Virus record (IMG/VR): IMGVR_UViG_3300009082_000959
Source of the DNA: a virus
Taxonomy: Duplodnaviria > Caudoviricetes
Reading direction: 5' to 3' (one strand)
Length of the DNA: 64,000 bases
Below the pieces are notes generated by a model. It saw nothing but the letters and a program-made list of their open reading frames with translations. It had not been told where the DNA came from and did not search any database. Positions 9,803 to 19,732 of the stretch are shown here, one piece after another. Each line of letters begins with the position of its first letter. The first letter of the stretch is position 1. The position numbers and the translations under genes are program-made.

Positions 9803-9917
9803 AGATTGGATTGCTGCCTCTGCCTGTTTTCGTCATGCTGGTAGCCACAAAGACAAGAAAAAAGAGGAATCTAAAAAGAAATGCCGAAAGAAAATCAGGA
9901 TAGAAAATAATGTATGA
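9759..9917 (+). CDS. small highly basic peptide (52 aa)
   Basis: MKRKTKKKLKPKKVRDWIAASACFRHAGSHKDKKKEESKKKCRKKIRIENNV; below track cutoff. Confidence 0.55.
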   Translation: MKRKTKKKLKPKKVRDWIAASACFRHAGSHKDKKKEESKKKCRKKIRIENNV

Positions 9918-10089
9918 AGAAATTTTATTAAAATATTATTATATTCTTATGCAATCGTATGCCGGAACCGACAAGTGGGAGGAAATTTTTTCAAAGTTTG
10001 TTAGGGCAAAAGAATATAGTAAGATTTCTGATGACTTATGGAAAAATGCTCACGACTTCTATGAAAAATATAAAACGGATAAAACATGA
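9910..10089 (+). CDS. hypothetical protein (59 aa)
   Basis: MYEEILLKYYY...TDKT*; ATGA overlap with next gene. Confidence 0.5.
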   Translation: MYEEILLKYYYILMQSYAGTDKWEEIFSKFVRAKEYSKISDDLWKNAHDFYEKYKTDKT

Positions 10090-10403
10090 CATCGTGGAAA
10101 CAAGATATATCACTTGAAGATTTGAATAATTTTTATTCAATGATAGTTAAATTATCAAGAGAAACGTTCGGAACAGACGACAAAAACAATAGCCCAGTAG
10201 AAATTATGGTGGTAGATAGAACAAAGTTTATGGCACCACCGTATATTTGTCATATTCCAAATCAAGCCAATACTGTTAAAGAACTAAAAGTGTGTGAAAA
10301 GTCTGCGAGAACGAACATGGTGGCCGCAATCAAACAATACGAATTAATTTGTGGATTGCTTGATGAGGCAGAAAAACTCGAACAACAGGAAAACAAACAA
10401 TGA
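10086..10403 (+). CDS. hypothetical protein
   Basis: Coupled ORF. Confidence 0.55.
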   Translation: MTSWKQDISLEDLNNFYSMIVKLSRETFGTDDKNNSPVEIMVVDRTKFMAPPYICHIPNQANTVKELKVCEKSARTNMVAAIKQYELICGLLDEAEKLEQQENKQ

Positions 10404-10855
10404 GTAGCAATGAATTTTTTAAATTAGAGTATAAAGTTATACCAGAATATCAATTAGAAATATCAGCATGGGATGACGAAAATAATAGGTCAATTCTCAA
10501 TCATGTTCGATGTGACAAAAATCCAAAAGCATTAATAGATGATTGTGCCAAAGAACTTACAAAAAGAAACATAGCAATAGAAGAATTGGACAATATATGT
10601 ATGTGTGTTGATAATTTTAGTGTAATTATTTGTTATGAAAAAGAAGAATATAAGGAAGATACAAATTTATCCAATCCACTTTTTATTTCAGGTGACACCG
10701 TAAAGAAACAAATTTTAAAATCAAAGTTTTATAAAGTTAAAAAAGATAAAGAAATAAAACAAAAACAATTAAAAATTGCAAATGGGCAAAAGAAAGAATT
10801 GGAAAAACAATTATCCAATTTAAACAAAAAAATCGAAGAATTAAAAGGAAACTAA
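10400..10855 (+). CDS. hypothetical protein with C-terminal coiled coil
   Basis: Coupled ORF. Confidence 0.55.
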   Translation: MSSNEFFKLEYKVIPEYQLEISAWDDENNRSILNHVRCDKNPKALIDDCAKELTKRNIAIEELDNICMCVDNFSVIICYEKEEYKEDTNLSNPLFISGDTVKKQILKSKFYKVKKDKEIKQKQLKIANGQKKELEKQLSNLNKKIEELKGN

Positions 10856-10857
10856 CA

Positions 10858-11103
10858 ATGAAATCAACAAAAAAAGATATAGTGGAATTAGATGGCAAAG
10901 TTCTTACGGCATTACCAAACGCAACTTTTATGGTAAAGTTGGAGAATGGTTCAGAAATTATTTGTCATATCTCTGGAAAAATTAGAAAGCACTCAATAAA
11001 TATTTTGCCAGGTGATTCAGTAACCGTTGAGTTGTCGTCATATGATTTAACAAAGGGAAGAATAACTTTCCGCGAAAAAGGAAAAACCACTCATGTCCAA
11101 TAA
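10858..11103 (+). CDS. infA: translation initiation factor IF-1
   Basis: [52 protein letters not shown]. Confidence 0.96.
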   Translation: MKSTKKDIVELDGKVLTALPNATFMVKLENGSEIICHISGKIRKHSINILPGDSVTVELSSYDLTKGRITFREKGKTTHVQ

Positions 11104-11440
11104 ATTTAAGTTTGTTTTAGTTGGTAAAAGCAATTCCTGTGAGCGTGTGCTTTCAAAAGAATTCATAATGCAAAGAACCAACAAGGATCGTTTGGATTAT
11201 GTCAAAGACTTGGTAAAATTTCATTTTGGTGGTCGTGCTTTGGCCGTTGTTAATGAGACTACTTTGGTAAAAGATATGTATGTGTATCCGCAATTTTTTG
11301 CTGCCGGGTGGGTTATTGACAACGAAACCAATGAGGAATTCGTTTTGATTGACCATGGCAAATCAATGAAGGATGCGCGATCTTCACTGATGGATGCATT
11401 TAATTCCATCAATTGGCACGAGTATTCTACAAAAATATAG
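11093..11440 (+). CDS. hypothetical protein
   Basis: 115 aa coupled ORF. Confidence 0.55.
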   Translation: MSNKFKFVLVGKSNSCERVLSKEFIMQRTNKDRLDYVKDLVKFHFGGRALAVVNETTLVKDMYVYPQFFAAGWVIDNETNEEFVLIDHGKSMKDARSSLMDAFNSINWHEYSTKI

Positions 11441-11448
11441 GAACACTT

Positions 11449-12057
11449 ATGAATGCTATTGTTGTTGCGTTGATTATTTTTGGTAGCTATAATGTTCAGG
11501 ATACAATTTCTGGCGGTTTGAATGATATTGAAAATGAAAGATGGCAACAAGCCAGCGACAAATTCAATGAAGCAATAAACTCTGGACATTTAAGCGACTA
11601 TGGTTTGTCAGAAATATACTGGAATTTATACATAGCAGAAAAAAATCTATACCACAAAGATGAAAGCGCAACAGCATTGCTTGGGTTTTTAACTTACGCA
11701 AGAATATCCTTACAAGATAAATCATTGGGAATAAAAGAATTAAGAAGCATAAAAGATAGAATTGATTTTTCTGAACCAATGTTGCAAGCGTTGTGGGCAT
11801 CTAATAATTCGCATTCTTGTAGAAGTAAATTATTTGAATGCTATATGGCAAAAGAAGACTTATTGTCAATATTTGTTGTAAGTATTCCATTTTGTTCAGA
11901 GCAAATAATTGGTAGCATTGATACAGTCAAAAACGATAATGGTGTGGAAGTGAAAGTAATATGTTTTGATATAAACAGTTTTAACCTTGACTCAAATGGT
12001 TTTGGGCATCAAGGTCAAATCACTAAAATTGAGAATTATTATTTTGTGATACCATGA
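11449..12057 (+). CDS. N-terminally anchored/secreted hypothetical protein
   Basis: Hydrophobic N-terminus MNAIVVALIIFGSY; ATG 11449 with SD. Confidence 0.55.
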   Translation: MNAIVVALIIFGSYNVQDTISGGLNDIENERWQQASDKFNEAINSGHLSDYGLSEIYWNLYIAEKNLYHKDESATALLGFLTYARISLQDKSLGIKELRSIKDRIDFSEPMLQALWASNNSHSCRSKLFECYMAKEDLLSIFVVSIPFCSEQIIGSIDTVKNDNGVEVKVICFDINSFNLDSNGFGHQGQITKIENYYFVIP

Positions 12058-12401
12058 AATTTTCATTTAAAGATTTGGCAAAAAAACAGTGTGAGAAAAG
12101 TTCTTACAAAAAACGTCTCGGGGCGGTTGTTGTTAATAGGGGTAAAGTTGTAGGCTTGGGCCACAATGTTGTTCAATCTACTGGCATAAAAACTGACGGA
12201 CTACATGCGGAGATATCGGCATTAAGAAATACCTCGGCTAAATTTAGATATGGTTCCACCGTTTATGTTTGCAGAATATTGAAAAATCAAGAAATAGCGT
12301 TATCCAAACCTTGCCATGCGTGTAGTGTCGTAATGAAAAAAATGGGAGTTAAATATGTTTGGTATTCTGTTGGACCAAATTGGGTCAGGATGAAGTTATG
12401 A
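12054..12401 (+). CDS. cytidine/dCMP deaminase-like zinc enzyme
   Basis: LHAEISAL and KPCHACS zinc motifs; LGAVVV...VVGLGHN. Confidence 0.8.
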   Translation: MKFSFKDLAKKQCEKSSYKKRLGAVVVNRGKVVGLGHNVVQSTGIKTDGLHAEISALRNTSAKFRYGSTVYVCRILKNQEIALSKPCHACSVVMKKMGVKYVWYSVGPNWVRMKL

Positions 12402-12928
12402 AAAACTACTACAACACAGTTTGTATAGAAGGAATCGGGTCTGATATTAATTGGTGCGGTCGTCATAGGGGCGGCAAAAGATGTTTATATTGCAGGAGGC
12501 ACGCAAAGTTTGAAGAATGGTCCAAAGATTGGAAATGGAACTATTTGTTAGAGTGGAATGGTAGATGGCCAAATGGATGGAGAGAGCGCTCATATTATAA
12601 GACAGATGGCGTTTATGAGGTTACATCTGGAACTTATAGCAAATATGTTAATATGCCAGTAGTATATTCTGATAGCCCGGATAGATATTGGACAATTGGA
12701 GTAAGTGAATTAAAATTAAAACACTTACTGAAACAAGGATGTAAGAAAAATCGTAAGTGCAAGTGTATAAATTTAATTCAACGAGGTTCTTGGTATTGTC
12801 CAGAATGCTTTAAGTTAATATCTAATTACGCAAACATAAGTGGCATAGAAAAACACGACTTAATAATTGAGGTCCGCAATGAATTAAAAGAAAAGATTTT
12901 AATTGCATTACTGTCCGGCATAATATAA
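12398..12928 (+). CDS. hypothetical Cys/Trp-rich protein (ends ILIALLSGII)
   Basis: ATGA-coupled start 12398. Confidence 0.55.
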   Translation: MKNYYNTVCIEGIGSDINWCGRHRGGKRCLYCRRHAKFEEWSKDWKWNYLLEWNGRWPNGWRERSYYKTDGVYEVTSGTYSKYVNMPVVYSDSPDRYWTIGVSELKLKHLLKQGCKKNRKCKCINLIQRGSWYCPECFKLISNYANISGIEKHDLIIEVRNELKEKILIALLSGII

Positions 12929-13004
12929 TCGATTTCAAAAATTTACAAGGAAGGTGGTGATGTTTTAAGAAGGTGGTGAACTCCTTACATAGTGTTCAAG
13001 GTGC

Positions 13005-13036
13005 GAGGGCCGAAGAAGGATAGGCCCTCTTTTTTT
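13005..13036 (+). terminator. Rho-independent terminator
   Basis: GAGGGCC (13005-11) / GGCCCTC (13023-29) followed by T7. Confidence 0.7.
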
Positions 13037-13047
13037 AGGAGCATTAA

Positions 13048-13758
13048 GTGGATAAATACAAAATAAAAATGGCAAAGGCAATTAGAAAAGCAAAGGTTCC
13101 AGAAAATTTTAAGTTGTCTGCACCAAGTAAAATAAGTTTAAAAAACAATTCGAGTATTAATTTTCCTGCTGGTCCAAGTTTTAGTTGTCCGGGAGCAACA
13201 GAGGCGTGTAGTGATTGTTATGCAAAAAAACACAGACATTTGTTTGGTCCTGTTCAAAAAAATATAGCAGACAATTGGAAATTATTGAGTGCGTTGGAAA
13301 AGTCTAATCAAATGACAAAAGCCATAGATTCGATTTTGTCTGGAATGCAGCAAGACTTGGGAATATTTCGCATAAATAGTTCTGGTGATTTTTCTTCGCA
13401 GTGGGTTGTAGATATGTGGGCCAAACTAATTGGTAGCAAAAAAGATACGCAGTTTTGGGCCTACACGCGAAGCTTTGATTTTAATTTTTCTAAACTTACG
13501 CGCTTGCCAAATTTTTCTTTGTGGGCATCAACCGATGATTTTAATTTCGCGCAAGCAAAAGAGTTCGTTAGAAGATTTAGGAAAAGTGGAACCAAACATG
13601 CATACGGACCCTGGGATCATGACCGGCCGTTTCCAAAAAATAGTTTCTGTTGCCCAGTTACATCGGGTGACATGAAAATGAATGGCGCATGTGAGAAGTG
13701 TATGCTGTGTGTGACAAAAAGAAGAACCAGCAAGCATGTAGTGTTTCTAAAACATTAG
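13048..13758 (+). CDS. Gp88-like phage protein (Cys-rich, Fe-S-like)
   Basis: SCPGAT.AC..CYA, FRINSSGDF, FWAYTRS, C..C.LC. Confidence 0.7.
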   Translation: MDKYKIKMAKAIRKAKVPENFKLSAPSKISLKNNSSINFPAGPSFSCPGATEACSDCYAKKHRHLFGPVQKNIADNWKLLSALEKSNQMTKAIDSILSGMQQDLGIFRINSSGDFSSQWVVDMWAKLIGSKKDTQFWAYTRSFDFNFSKLTRLPNFSLWASTDDFNFAQAKEFVRRFRKSGTKHAYGPWDHDRPFPKNSFCCPVTSGDMKMNGACEKCMLCVTKRRTSKHVVFLKH

Positions 13759-13939
13759 GAGTTAAAGTGGAAAATCAAATAAAAAAAGTAAGCGATTACC
13801 TGTGCAATGGATATAAAATTACCGATTCTTGGATGCTAACAAACGGAATTTATTTAATACTCACTCGCGAAAACTGCTCTATAACAATGCGCATAACCCT
13901 CGGTGGTGTAGTATGACAAAACCAATGAAAGGAAAAACT

Positions 13940-14212
13940 ATGACAAACAATATGTTCGAGATTATTGATCTTAATATAAAAAGCAAAAGGTGGATCGGAG
14001 GTTTGGGTCGCTTAAAGAAGGATGGATCAATCGTAAAACTCAATGGTCAAATTTTTGAAAGGAGAACCACGAAAAGTGGAGAGGTGGTGATCCTGATGGA
14101 TAATCTTCTTGGTAACCCACGAAAAAATCAAAAGAAGCGCTGGCAAATTGTGTTGGTAGATAATCTCGTTTGTCTGAACGAAAATCACTGGAAGCATACA
14201 AAGGCTGCGTAA
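13940..14212 (+). CDS. hypothetical protein
   Basis: SD AAAGGAAA before ATG 13940. Confidence 0.5.
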   Translation: MTNNMFEIIDLNIKSKRWIGGLGRLKKDGSIVKLNGQIFERRTTKSGEVVILMDNLLGNPRKNQKKRWQIVLVDNLVCLNENHWKHTKAA

Positions 14213-14214
14213 TA

Positions 14215-14880
14215 ATGTTTAGACACTACGAAAAAACTTTTAGAATACTTGTTCCACAAATTTCAACAGTTGGAAAACATTATTTGTCCGACTCTGATAC
14301 TCAAAAACTTTTAAATGGCAAGGTAACTTTGACCGAGAAAATGGACGGAGCGAACACTGCTATTATAAGAAACAAAAATGATTTCAGGCTTCAAAAGCGT
14401 GGGTCCTTGGTGGATACAAGCGAACACTATCAGTTTAATTTCTTCAAGGCGTGGAGTCAAGCAAACTATGACAAACTAATGAGTATTCCACAAGATACTA
14501 TTTTGTATGGAGAACTCATGATTTGCCAACACACTATTCATTATGACTCTTTGCCAGATTACTTTTTGGCCTTCGGATTGTTTGACAGGAAAAGTAATCA
14601 ATACAAACATTGGAATGATTTAAAAAAACTCTGTGATGACATTGGGTTGGCTACTGTTCCGCTGCTAGAAAAAGATACAACGGTTGCTAAAACTGAATTA
14701 TTTGATATGGTTCCCAATCCCTCTAATTATGGACATGAACAAGCAGAGGGATTGGTTGTTTGGAATTACAACAAACAAATGCGTGGCAAAGTTGTTTTAA
14801 GAAAATTTCAGGAATCGATAGACGAAGATGGTCATTGGTCCAGAAAAACAATTACTAAAAACTTATTGAAAGCGGTGTAA
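14215..14880 (+). CDS. RNA ligase (Rnl2-like nucleotidyltransferase domain)
   Basis: TEKMDGAN motif I, LYGEL motif III, AEGLVV motif IV. Confidence 0.8.
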   Translation: MFRHYEKTFRILVPQISTVGKHYLSDSDTQKLLNGKVTLTEKMDGANTAIIRNKNDFRLQKRGSLVDTSEHYQFNFFKAWSQANYDKLMSIPQDTILYGELMICQHTIHYDSLPDYFLAFGLFDRKSNQYKHWNDLKKLCDDIGLATVPLLEKDTTVAKTELFDMVPNPSNYGHEQAEGLVVWNYNKQMRGKVVLRKFQESIDEDGHWSRKTITKNLLKAV

Positions 14881-14881
14881 T

Positions 14882-15097
14882 ATGAGTAATAATTTTGTTG
14901 ATAAGTGTGCTATTTGTCCTTACTGTGGTGATTTTGTAGAGTATCCTAATGAAAAACAAATTAAAATATTTGGAAAGCCTACTTGTTGTGAATATGAAAT
15001 GGTCGTAATCGACCGCGAAAAATTGCACAAGATAGCAAGAGCATTGGATACACTTAAACAAAACATAGAGAACGAACTATTAAAGGGAGTTTCGTAG
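14882..15097 (+). CDS. small zinc-finger-like protein
   Basis: CPYC...CC. Confidence 0.5.
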   Translation: MSNNFVDKCAICPYCGDFVEYPNEKQIKIFGKPTCCEYEMVVIDREKLHKIARALDTLKQNIENELLKGVS

Positions 15098-15106
15098 GAG
15101 TTTGTT

Positions 15107-15643
15107 ATGAGAATTCTATTAGATATGGATGGAGTAGTGGTAGATTTTGTTGAGCCACTGTTAAAAATGTATAATGATATGACCAACGAAAATGTTCCAC
15201 TATCGTCTATTAAAAATTATAATATTGGAAAGTTCGTAAAAGACCCAATGACTTTGCGTCGGTTGAAAGAATCTGTTGGTTTTATTAGAAACCTACCGCC
15301 GAAGGGAGACTCGCTTGATGGTGTTAAAGACTTACTAAAAGCAGGACACGAAGTAGTGTTCGTAAGTAATGGAACTAATTGCCCAACAAGCGGCCATGAA
15401 AAAAGAGATTGGCTTTTTTATTACTTTCACAGGGAATGGAAATATCCTCCACTGGTTTTAACTTACCACAAATATTTAGTTTCCGGTGATTGCTTGGTAG
15501 ATGATAATCCTAAAAATTTAGAAAATCTTTCGCCAAATACAAAGCCTTTACTGTGGCATTGTTCATATAATTCAGAGGAGGACGGAAAATATACAAGAAT
15601 ATATGATTGGTCACATTTATTAGATTGGGCTAATAGGAACTGA
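15107..15643 (+). CDS. 5'(3')-deoxyribonucleotidase (HAD)
   Basis: LLDMDGVVVDF, EKRDWL, DCLVDDNPKNL. Confidence 0.85.
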   Translation: MRILLDMDGVVVDFVEPLLKMYNDMTNENVPLSSIKNYNIGKFVKDPMTLRRLKESVGFIRNLPPKGDSLDGVKDLLKAGHEVVFVSNGTNCPTSGHEKRDWLFYYFHREWKYPPLVLTYHKYLVSGDCLVDDNPKNLENLSPNTKPLLWHCSYNSEEDGKYTRIYDWSHLLDWANRN

Positions 15644-15644
15644 T

Positions 15645-15998
15645 ATGACACTATTACATGACGCAATGGCAGCATATTTGTCTGGTTTAACTACCAAAAA
15701 GAATGAAAAAGAGATATGGTGGTGGGATGAATCTGGATATAAAATTACAGTAGAATTGGTAAATGCTCGGTGGGAAAAGTATATAGTAAGATATTATTAT
15801 GACAACGGTAATCTATCGTCTGAATACAATTACTTCAAAGGTCAGTATCATGGTTTGTGCAAAGGTTACTGTGACAATGGTAATTTAAGGTCTGAATACA
15901 ATTACTTCAAAGGCCGGCGCCATGGTTTGTGCAAATATTACTATGACAATGGTAATTTAAGGTCTGAATATAATTACAACCACGGAAGTTTAAGATGA
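15645..15998 (+). CDS. MORN_2 repeat protein with conserved leader
   Basis: MTLLHDAMAAYLSGLTTKKNEKEIWW leader. Confidence 0.85.
   Translation: MTLLHDAMAAYLSGLTTKKNEKEIWWWDESGYKITVELVNARWEKYIVRYYYDNGNLSSEYNYFKGQYHGLCKGYCDNGNLRSEYNYFKGRRHGLCKYYYDNGNLRSEYNYNHGSLR
15798..15977 (+). repeat. 72-nt tandem repeat, 2.5 copies (MORN units)
   Basis: T(A/G)TGACAAYGGTAAT...TCTGAATAYAATTAC at 15798, 15870, 15942. Confidence 0.85.
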
Positions 15999-16144
15999 CA
16001 CACGATATTGAAAACATATACATTGATATATTAAAATATAAAGCAACTGTTTGGTTCTGTAAATACGAAGAAGATGGTGGCGGATTTACTATTATTACAA
16101 CATCTAATCGCCACAAAAATCCATATAGTAGTTATTATTTATAA
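15995..16144 (+). CDS. mini-gene family member (49 aa)
   Basis: MTHDIENIYIDILKYKATVW...; matches the array motif. Confidence 0.7.
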   Translation: MTHDIENIYIDILKYKATVWFCKYEEDGGGFTIITTSNRHKNPYSSYYL

Positions 16145-16178
16145 ACCCCAAAAACAATTACAACCACGGAAAATTAGT

Positions 16179-16604
16179 ATGACACTATTACACGATGCAA
16201 TGACAGCCTATTTGGCTGGGCTTACTACCAACCGCACTGAAAAAGAAATTTGGTGGGAAAACGAACGGGGAGATAAACTTACCGTAGAGTTGGTAAATTC
16301 AAGGTGGGAAAAATACATAGTAAGGCAATACTATGATAATGGTAATTTGTGGTGGGAAGAAAATTATCTTAAAGACAAACTGCATGGTTTAAACAAAACA
16401 TGCTATAAAAATGGTAATTTGGTGCATGAAATAAATTACCGCAAAAATCAACGACATGGCTTATGTAGGTGGTGTTGGGAAAATGGTAACCCACGGTGGA
16501 AACAAAATTATTACAAAGGAAAACTACATGGTTTGTGCAGAGCGTATTATGAAAACGGTAATTTAAAAGCAGAGTATAATTACAACCACGGAAAACAAAT
16601 ATGA
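16179..16604 (+). CDS. MORN_2 repeat protein with conserved leader
   Basis: MTLLHDAMTAYLAGLTT at 16179. Confidence 0.85.
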   Translation: MTLLHDAMTAYLAGLTTNRTEKEIWWENERGDKLTVELVNSRWEKYIVRQYYDNGNLWWEENYLKDKLHGLNKTCYKNGNLVHEINYRKNQRHGLCRWCWENGNPRWKQNYYKGKLHGLCRAYYENGNLKAEYNYNHGKQI

Positions 16605-17158
16605 ATAACAAAAAATTAAACGAATATAAATTAGCCTTCGTCGACACAGAAACAACCGGCCTCGACTATCACCAGCACGAAATTATAGAATTAGCTACAC
16701 TGATTTACAACCAGCAAACAGACGAAATTGAATCAGAATGGGAAACAAAAATCGCACCATCGCATATAGAAACAGCAAGTCCAGAAGCCTTAAAAATTAA
16801 TGGCTACTACAATAACCCAGATACTTACACTGGAAATATTAATTCGGCATTAATTAAGTTTAACTCTCTCGTTGATGGATGTATAATAGTTGGTCAAAAT
16901 ATAAGTTTTGATTTGGGTTTTATATATTACAATATGAAGCCATTAAATATTAAGCCATCATTTGGAAGAAGATATTTGGAGATGATGGGAATGGCCTGGT
17001 TTGCTATTAAAGATTCCGATACAACCAAGATGAGCCTTGAAAGTTTCTGCAACAACTTTGGAATCCCTAATGTTGGAGCCCATAGTGCGTTGGTAGATTG
17101 CAGAAGAACATTCGAAGTATATAGACACTTAAAGGATTTTTATAGGGAGAATAAATGA
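16601..17158 (+). CDS. DEDDh 3'-5' exonuclease (DnaQ-like)
   Basis: FVDTETTGL, GQNISFD, HSALVDC. Confidence 0.88.
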   Translation: MNNKKLNEYKLAFVDTETTGLDYHQHEIIELATLIYNQQTDEIESEWETKIAPSHIETASPEALKINGYYNNPDTYTGNINSALIKFNSLVDGCIIVGQNISFDLGFIYYNMKPLNIKPSFGRRYLEMMGMAWFAIKDSDTTKMSLESFCNNFGIPNVGAHSALVDCRRTFEVYRHLKDFYRENK

Positions 17159-17306
17159 ATATGAGTTTTGAAAAAGTTTTAGAATTATTGAATGATATTA
17201 AAAATGGAGAGATTACAGTAGATGATGCAATTAGAGTTGTTAGTTATCTTAAAGATTATAATAAACAATCTACAAGATAGTTATAAATTGAAACGAGAAA
17301 ATATAA

Positions 17307-18623
17307 ATGAATACAATACTTTATCAGAGAACTAAACTTAATAAAATCCAAAGTTGGGAAATCAGTCTTAAAGAAAAAGGTGATTCTGGATTTCCAGAGG
17401 TATGGATTACTCACGGACAAGTTGGCGGAAAACAACAAACCACTTTCGATATTATAAAAGAAGGCGTGAATATCGGCAAGGCAAATGAAACGACTCCGCT
17501 TCAACAGGCCAAGCTCGAAATGGAACGCAAAGTCACCAAGCAAGTGGATGATGGCTATAAGTATTCGATAGAGGAAGCCAGTGAAATTAAGACAATAGAT
17601 TTTACAAAGCCGATGGATAAGTCATTGTGTTTCTATAAACCAAAAAACAAAATTGAAGATGACAAACTTGCTGCCCTAATTAAAAGCAAGAATGCAGTTT
17701 TGTCTTTGAAGCGCGACGGACAAATGATGGTGGCGCGTTCGTCGTCCGACTTTGGTATAGAAATCTGGTCCCGTAAGATGGATTTAAGCACAGACAAATT
17801 TCCTCATATAGTAGAAGGTTTGTCTGGACTTCCAAATAAAACTATCTTGCTCGGTGAAATGATTTACTTAAACAAAAGTGGCACCGATAATTTTAAATTG
17901 GCATCCAGTATTTGTAGGAGCGACCCAGAGGAAGCGGTAAGAAAGCAAAAGGAAATAGGGTTTGCTACATATTATATATTCGACCTGGCGTTTTACGAAG
18001 GCAAAAATCTTCTTATTACTAAAACCTTTTCGGAGCGCAGGAAAATATTAGAGGATATGTTTTCTAAATTTAACTCCAAACATATTTTGCTCTCGACAAT
18101 ATTTAATATGTCTGTTGATAAGTGTATGAACCATGTTGAGGAAAATGGTTTAGAGGGTCTTGTCGTTTGGGATAATTCTAAACTAATAAAGCCAGAAGAT
18201 GCTTTTTCGTTTAACGGTTCTGCGAATAGGCCAAACTGTGTGTTCAAGCGGAAAAATTTTAAAGAGGATGACTTCATAGTGAGATGGGACCCGGACAACA
18301 AAATAGGAAATTACGGAAACGGGAAACTAAAAGAATGGGTTGGTAATGTTTTTATATACCAATTGTTTGAAGGCAAGGAAGTATTCCTCGGCAAAGTTGG
18401 GGGAGGCTTATCAGAAGAATTGAGAAAATTTTACACAGATGTTTCGTTGTTCCCGCGCGTTTGGTCAATTAAATATGAGTTTGCGCAACCTGGCACTGGA
18501 AAATTAAGGTTCCCGGTGTTCATGAGGGACAGAACTACGCAGGGAGATAAAGATATTTCTGAATGTCTTATGAGCGAAGAAATAATTAGTGCAAGAGAAG
18601 AAGTCGAAGAGGAAGAAGAATAA
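17307..18623 (+). CDS. ATP-dependent DNA ligase with N-terminal extension
   Basis: KRDG motif I, LLGEM, YIFDL, EGLVV, GKVGGG, LRFPVF. Confidence 0.88.
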   Translation: MNTILYQRTKLNKIQSWEISLKEKGDSGFPEVWITHGQVGGKQQTTFDIIKEGVNIGKANETTPLQQAKLEMERKVTKQVDDGYKYSIEEASEIKTIDFTKPMDKSLCFYKPKNKIEDDKLAALIKSKNAVLSLKRDGQMMVARSSSDFGIEIWSRKMDLSTDKFPHIVEGLSGLPNKTILLGEMIYLNKSGTDNFKLASSICRSDPEEAVRKQKEIGFATYYIFDLAFYEGKNLLITKTFSERRKILEDMFSKFNSKHILLSTIFNMSVDKCMNHVEENGLEGLVVWDNSKLIKPEDAFSFNGSANRPNCVFKRKNFKEDDFIVRWDPDNKIGNYGNGKLKEWVGNVFIYQLFEGKEVFLGKVGGGLSEELRKFYTDVSLFPRVWSIKYEFAQPGTGKLRFPVFMRDRTTQGDKDISECLMSEEIISAREEVEEEEE

Positions 18624-18643
18624 ACTCACACAAGGAGATTAGA

Positions 18644-19030
18644 ATGGAAAGAAACGAACTTATGGCCGAATATGCGGTGGAAGAATTCCTTAAACAAGAT
18701 ACACCAAATGTTGGCATAAAATATAATATTAGAGTTAGGTATGGAAAATCACCTGCCGGAGCGCGACAATCTGCGTTGGTCACCGTGAAAGAGGGCGACT
18801 TGATTTTTTTCGGAATCTCAAAATGTCATCCCAAGAAAGACAAGTTCAATAAGGCAATGGCATTAGAGATTGCTTTTGGCCGGGCGCAAAAGGCCATGAA
18901 AGAATATAAGAAAAATTCGGAAACCATAAATGATTATTTGCCCATCTACAAACTAATGGGAGCAGCAGATGTTACTGATGCTGTTAGGATAGTTGAATAT
19001 TTCCGGGCGCTTAATGAGATTATGCAATGA
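18644..19030 (+). CDS. hypothetical phage protein
   Basis: GISKCHP.KDKFNKAMALEIAFGRA; SD AAGGAG. Confidence 0.65.
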   Translation: MERNELMAEYAVEEFLKQDTPNVGIKYNIRVRYGKSPAGARQSALVTVKEGDLIFFGISKCHPKKDKFNKAMALEIAFGRAQKAMKEYKKNSETINDYLPIYKLMGAADVTDAVRIVEYFRALNEIMQ

Positions 19031-19039
19031 AAGGTATCG

Positions 19040-19456
19040 GTGATTGCTATGATAAGATCAGATGAGGAATGGGTTTCTCTTTGTAGGGTTGATGACAACG
19101 GTGCAATTTGTTTTACCGACGAATATCTGGCTTTGACAAACACCGTAAGTGGATGTCCAAGGAAATTGGCATCACACTTGATAGCACATTGGACGCCAGA
19201 GTTTGGAACACTTTTAGATTACTTTGGGCCGCCGGACGAGGAAGAAGATCGATTTTCTGGAATTGACGGTGAGCCCATGGATGTCAAAGAAGATGTGACT
19301 GATTTGTGGGAATACTATGATATCCCATTTAAGGGATTAGATGGAGAATTTTATAGAGATATACTTCGGGCTAAATTAATTTCAATGAAGCTTCCGAAGA
19401 GGCTAATAAATAAATACGTGGCGACGGCCAAAAAGAACCTAAATGGAGATTTATAA
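19040..19456 (+). CDS. hypothetical protein
   Basis: 138 aa acidic ORF. Confidence 0.55.
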   Translation: MIAMIRSDEEWVSLCRVDDNGAICFTDEYLALTNTVSGCPRKLASHLIAHWTPEFGTLLDYFGPPDEEEDRFSGIDGEPMDVKEDVTDLWEYYDIPFKGLDGEFYRDILRAKLISMKLPKRLINKYVATAKKNLNGDL

Positions 19457-19458
19457 AT

Positions 19459-19725
19459 ATGGCAGAAGAAAAGAAAGAACTAAGATGCGTGTGGAATATG
19501 GGAACAGATTGCGGTGGAACAGTTGAAGAACTTGAAATGTTCAATAAGTCTATCAAGATACCTGTGTGCGAGAACCACAAGTCAGAGCACCAAATCTTGG
19601 TAATACTACACAAAAACAAATATGATATTGAAGAAGTTTTGAAGTGGACCGCAGACAAACGAAAGGAAGAAATGTTAATTTTGAAATTGTCAGGGTTACT
19701 TACAGATGAGGACACTGAATTGTGA
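19459..19725 (+). CDS. hypothetical Cys/His protein, paralog of 621-932
   Basis: Shared CGG...P.C..H..EH pattern. Confidence 0.65.
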   Translation: MAEEKKELRCVWNMGTDCGGTVEELEMFNKSIKIPVCENHKSEHQILVILHKNKYDIEEVLKWTADKRKEEMLILKLSGLLTDEDTEL

Positions 19726-19732
19726 TCCAAGT

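Noticed and set aside
13769-13916. Small ORF sharing AATGGATATAAAATTACCG with the MORN leader and loosely resembling the mini-gene motif
   Set aside because: A single 19-nt match in very AT-rich DNA that lacks the LY..FK core; not enough to claim homology between the families.
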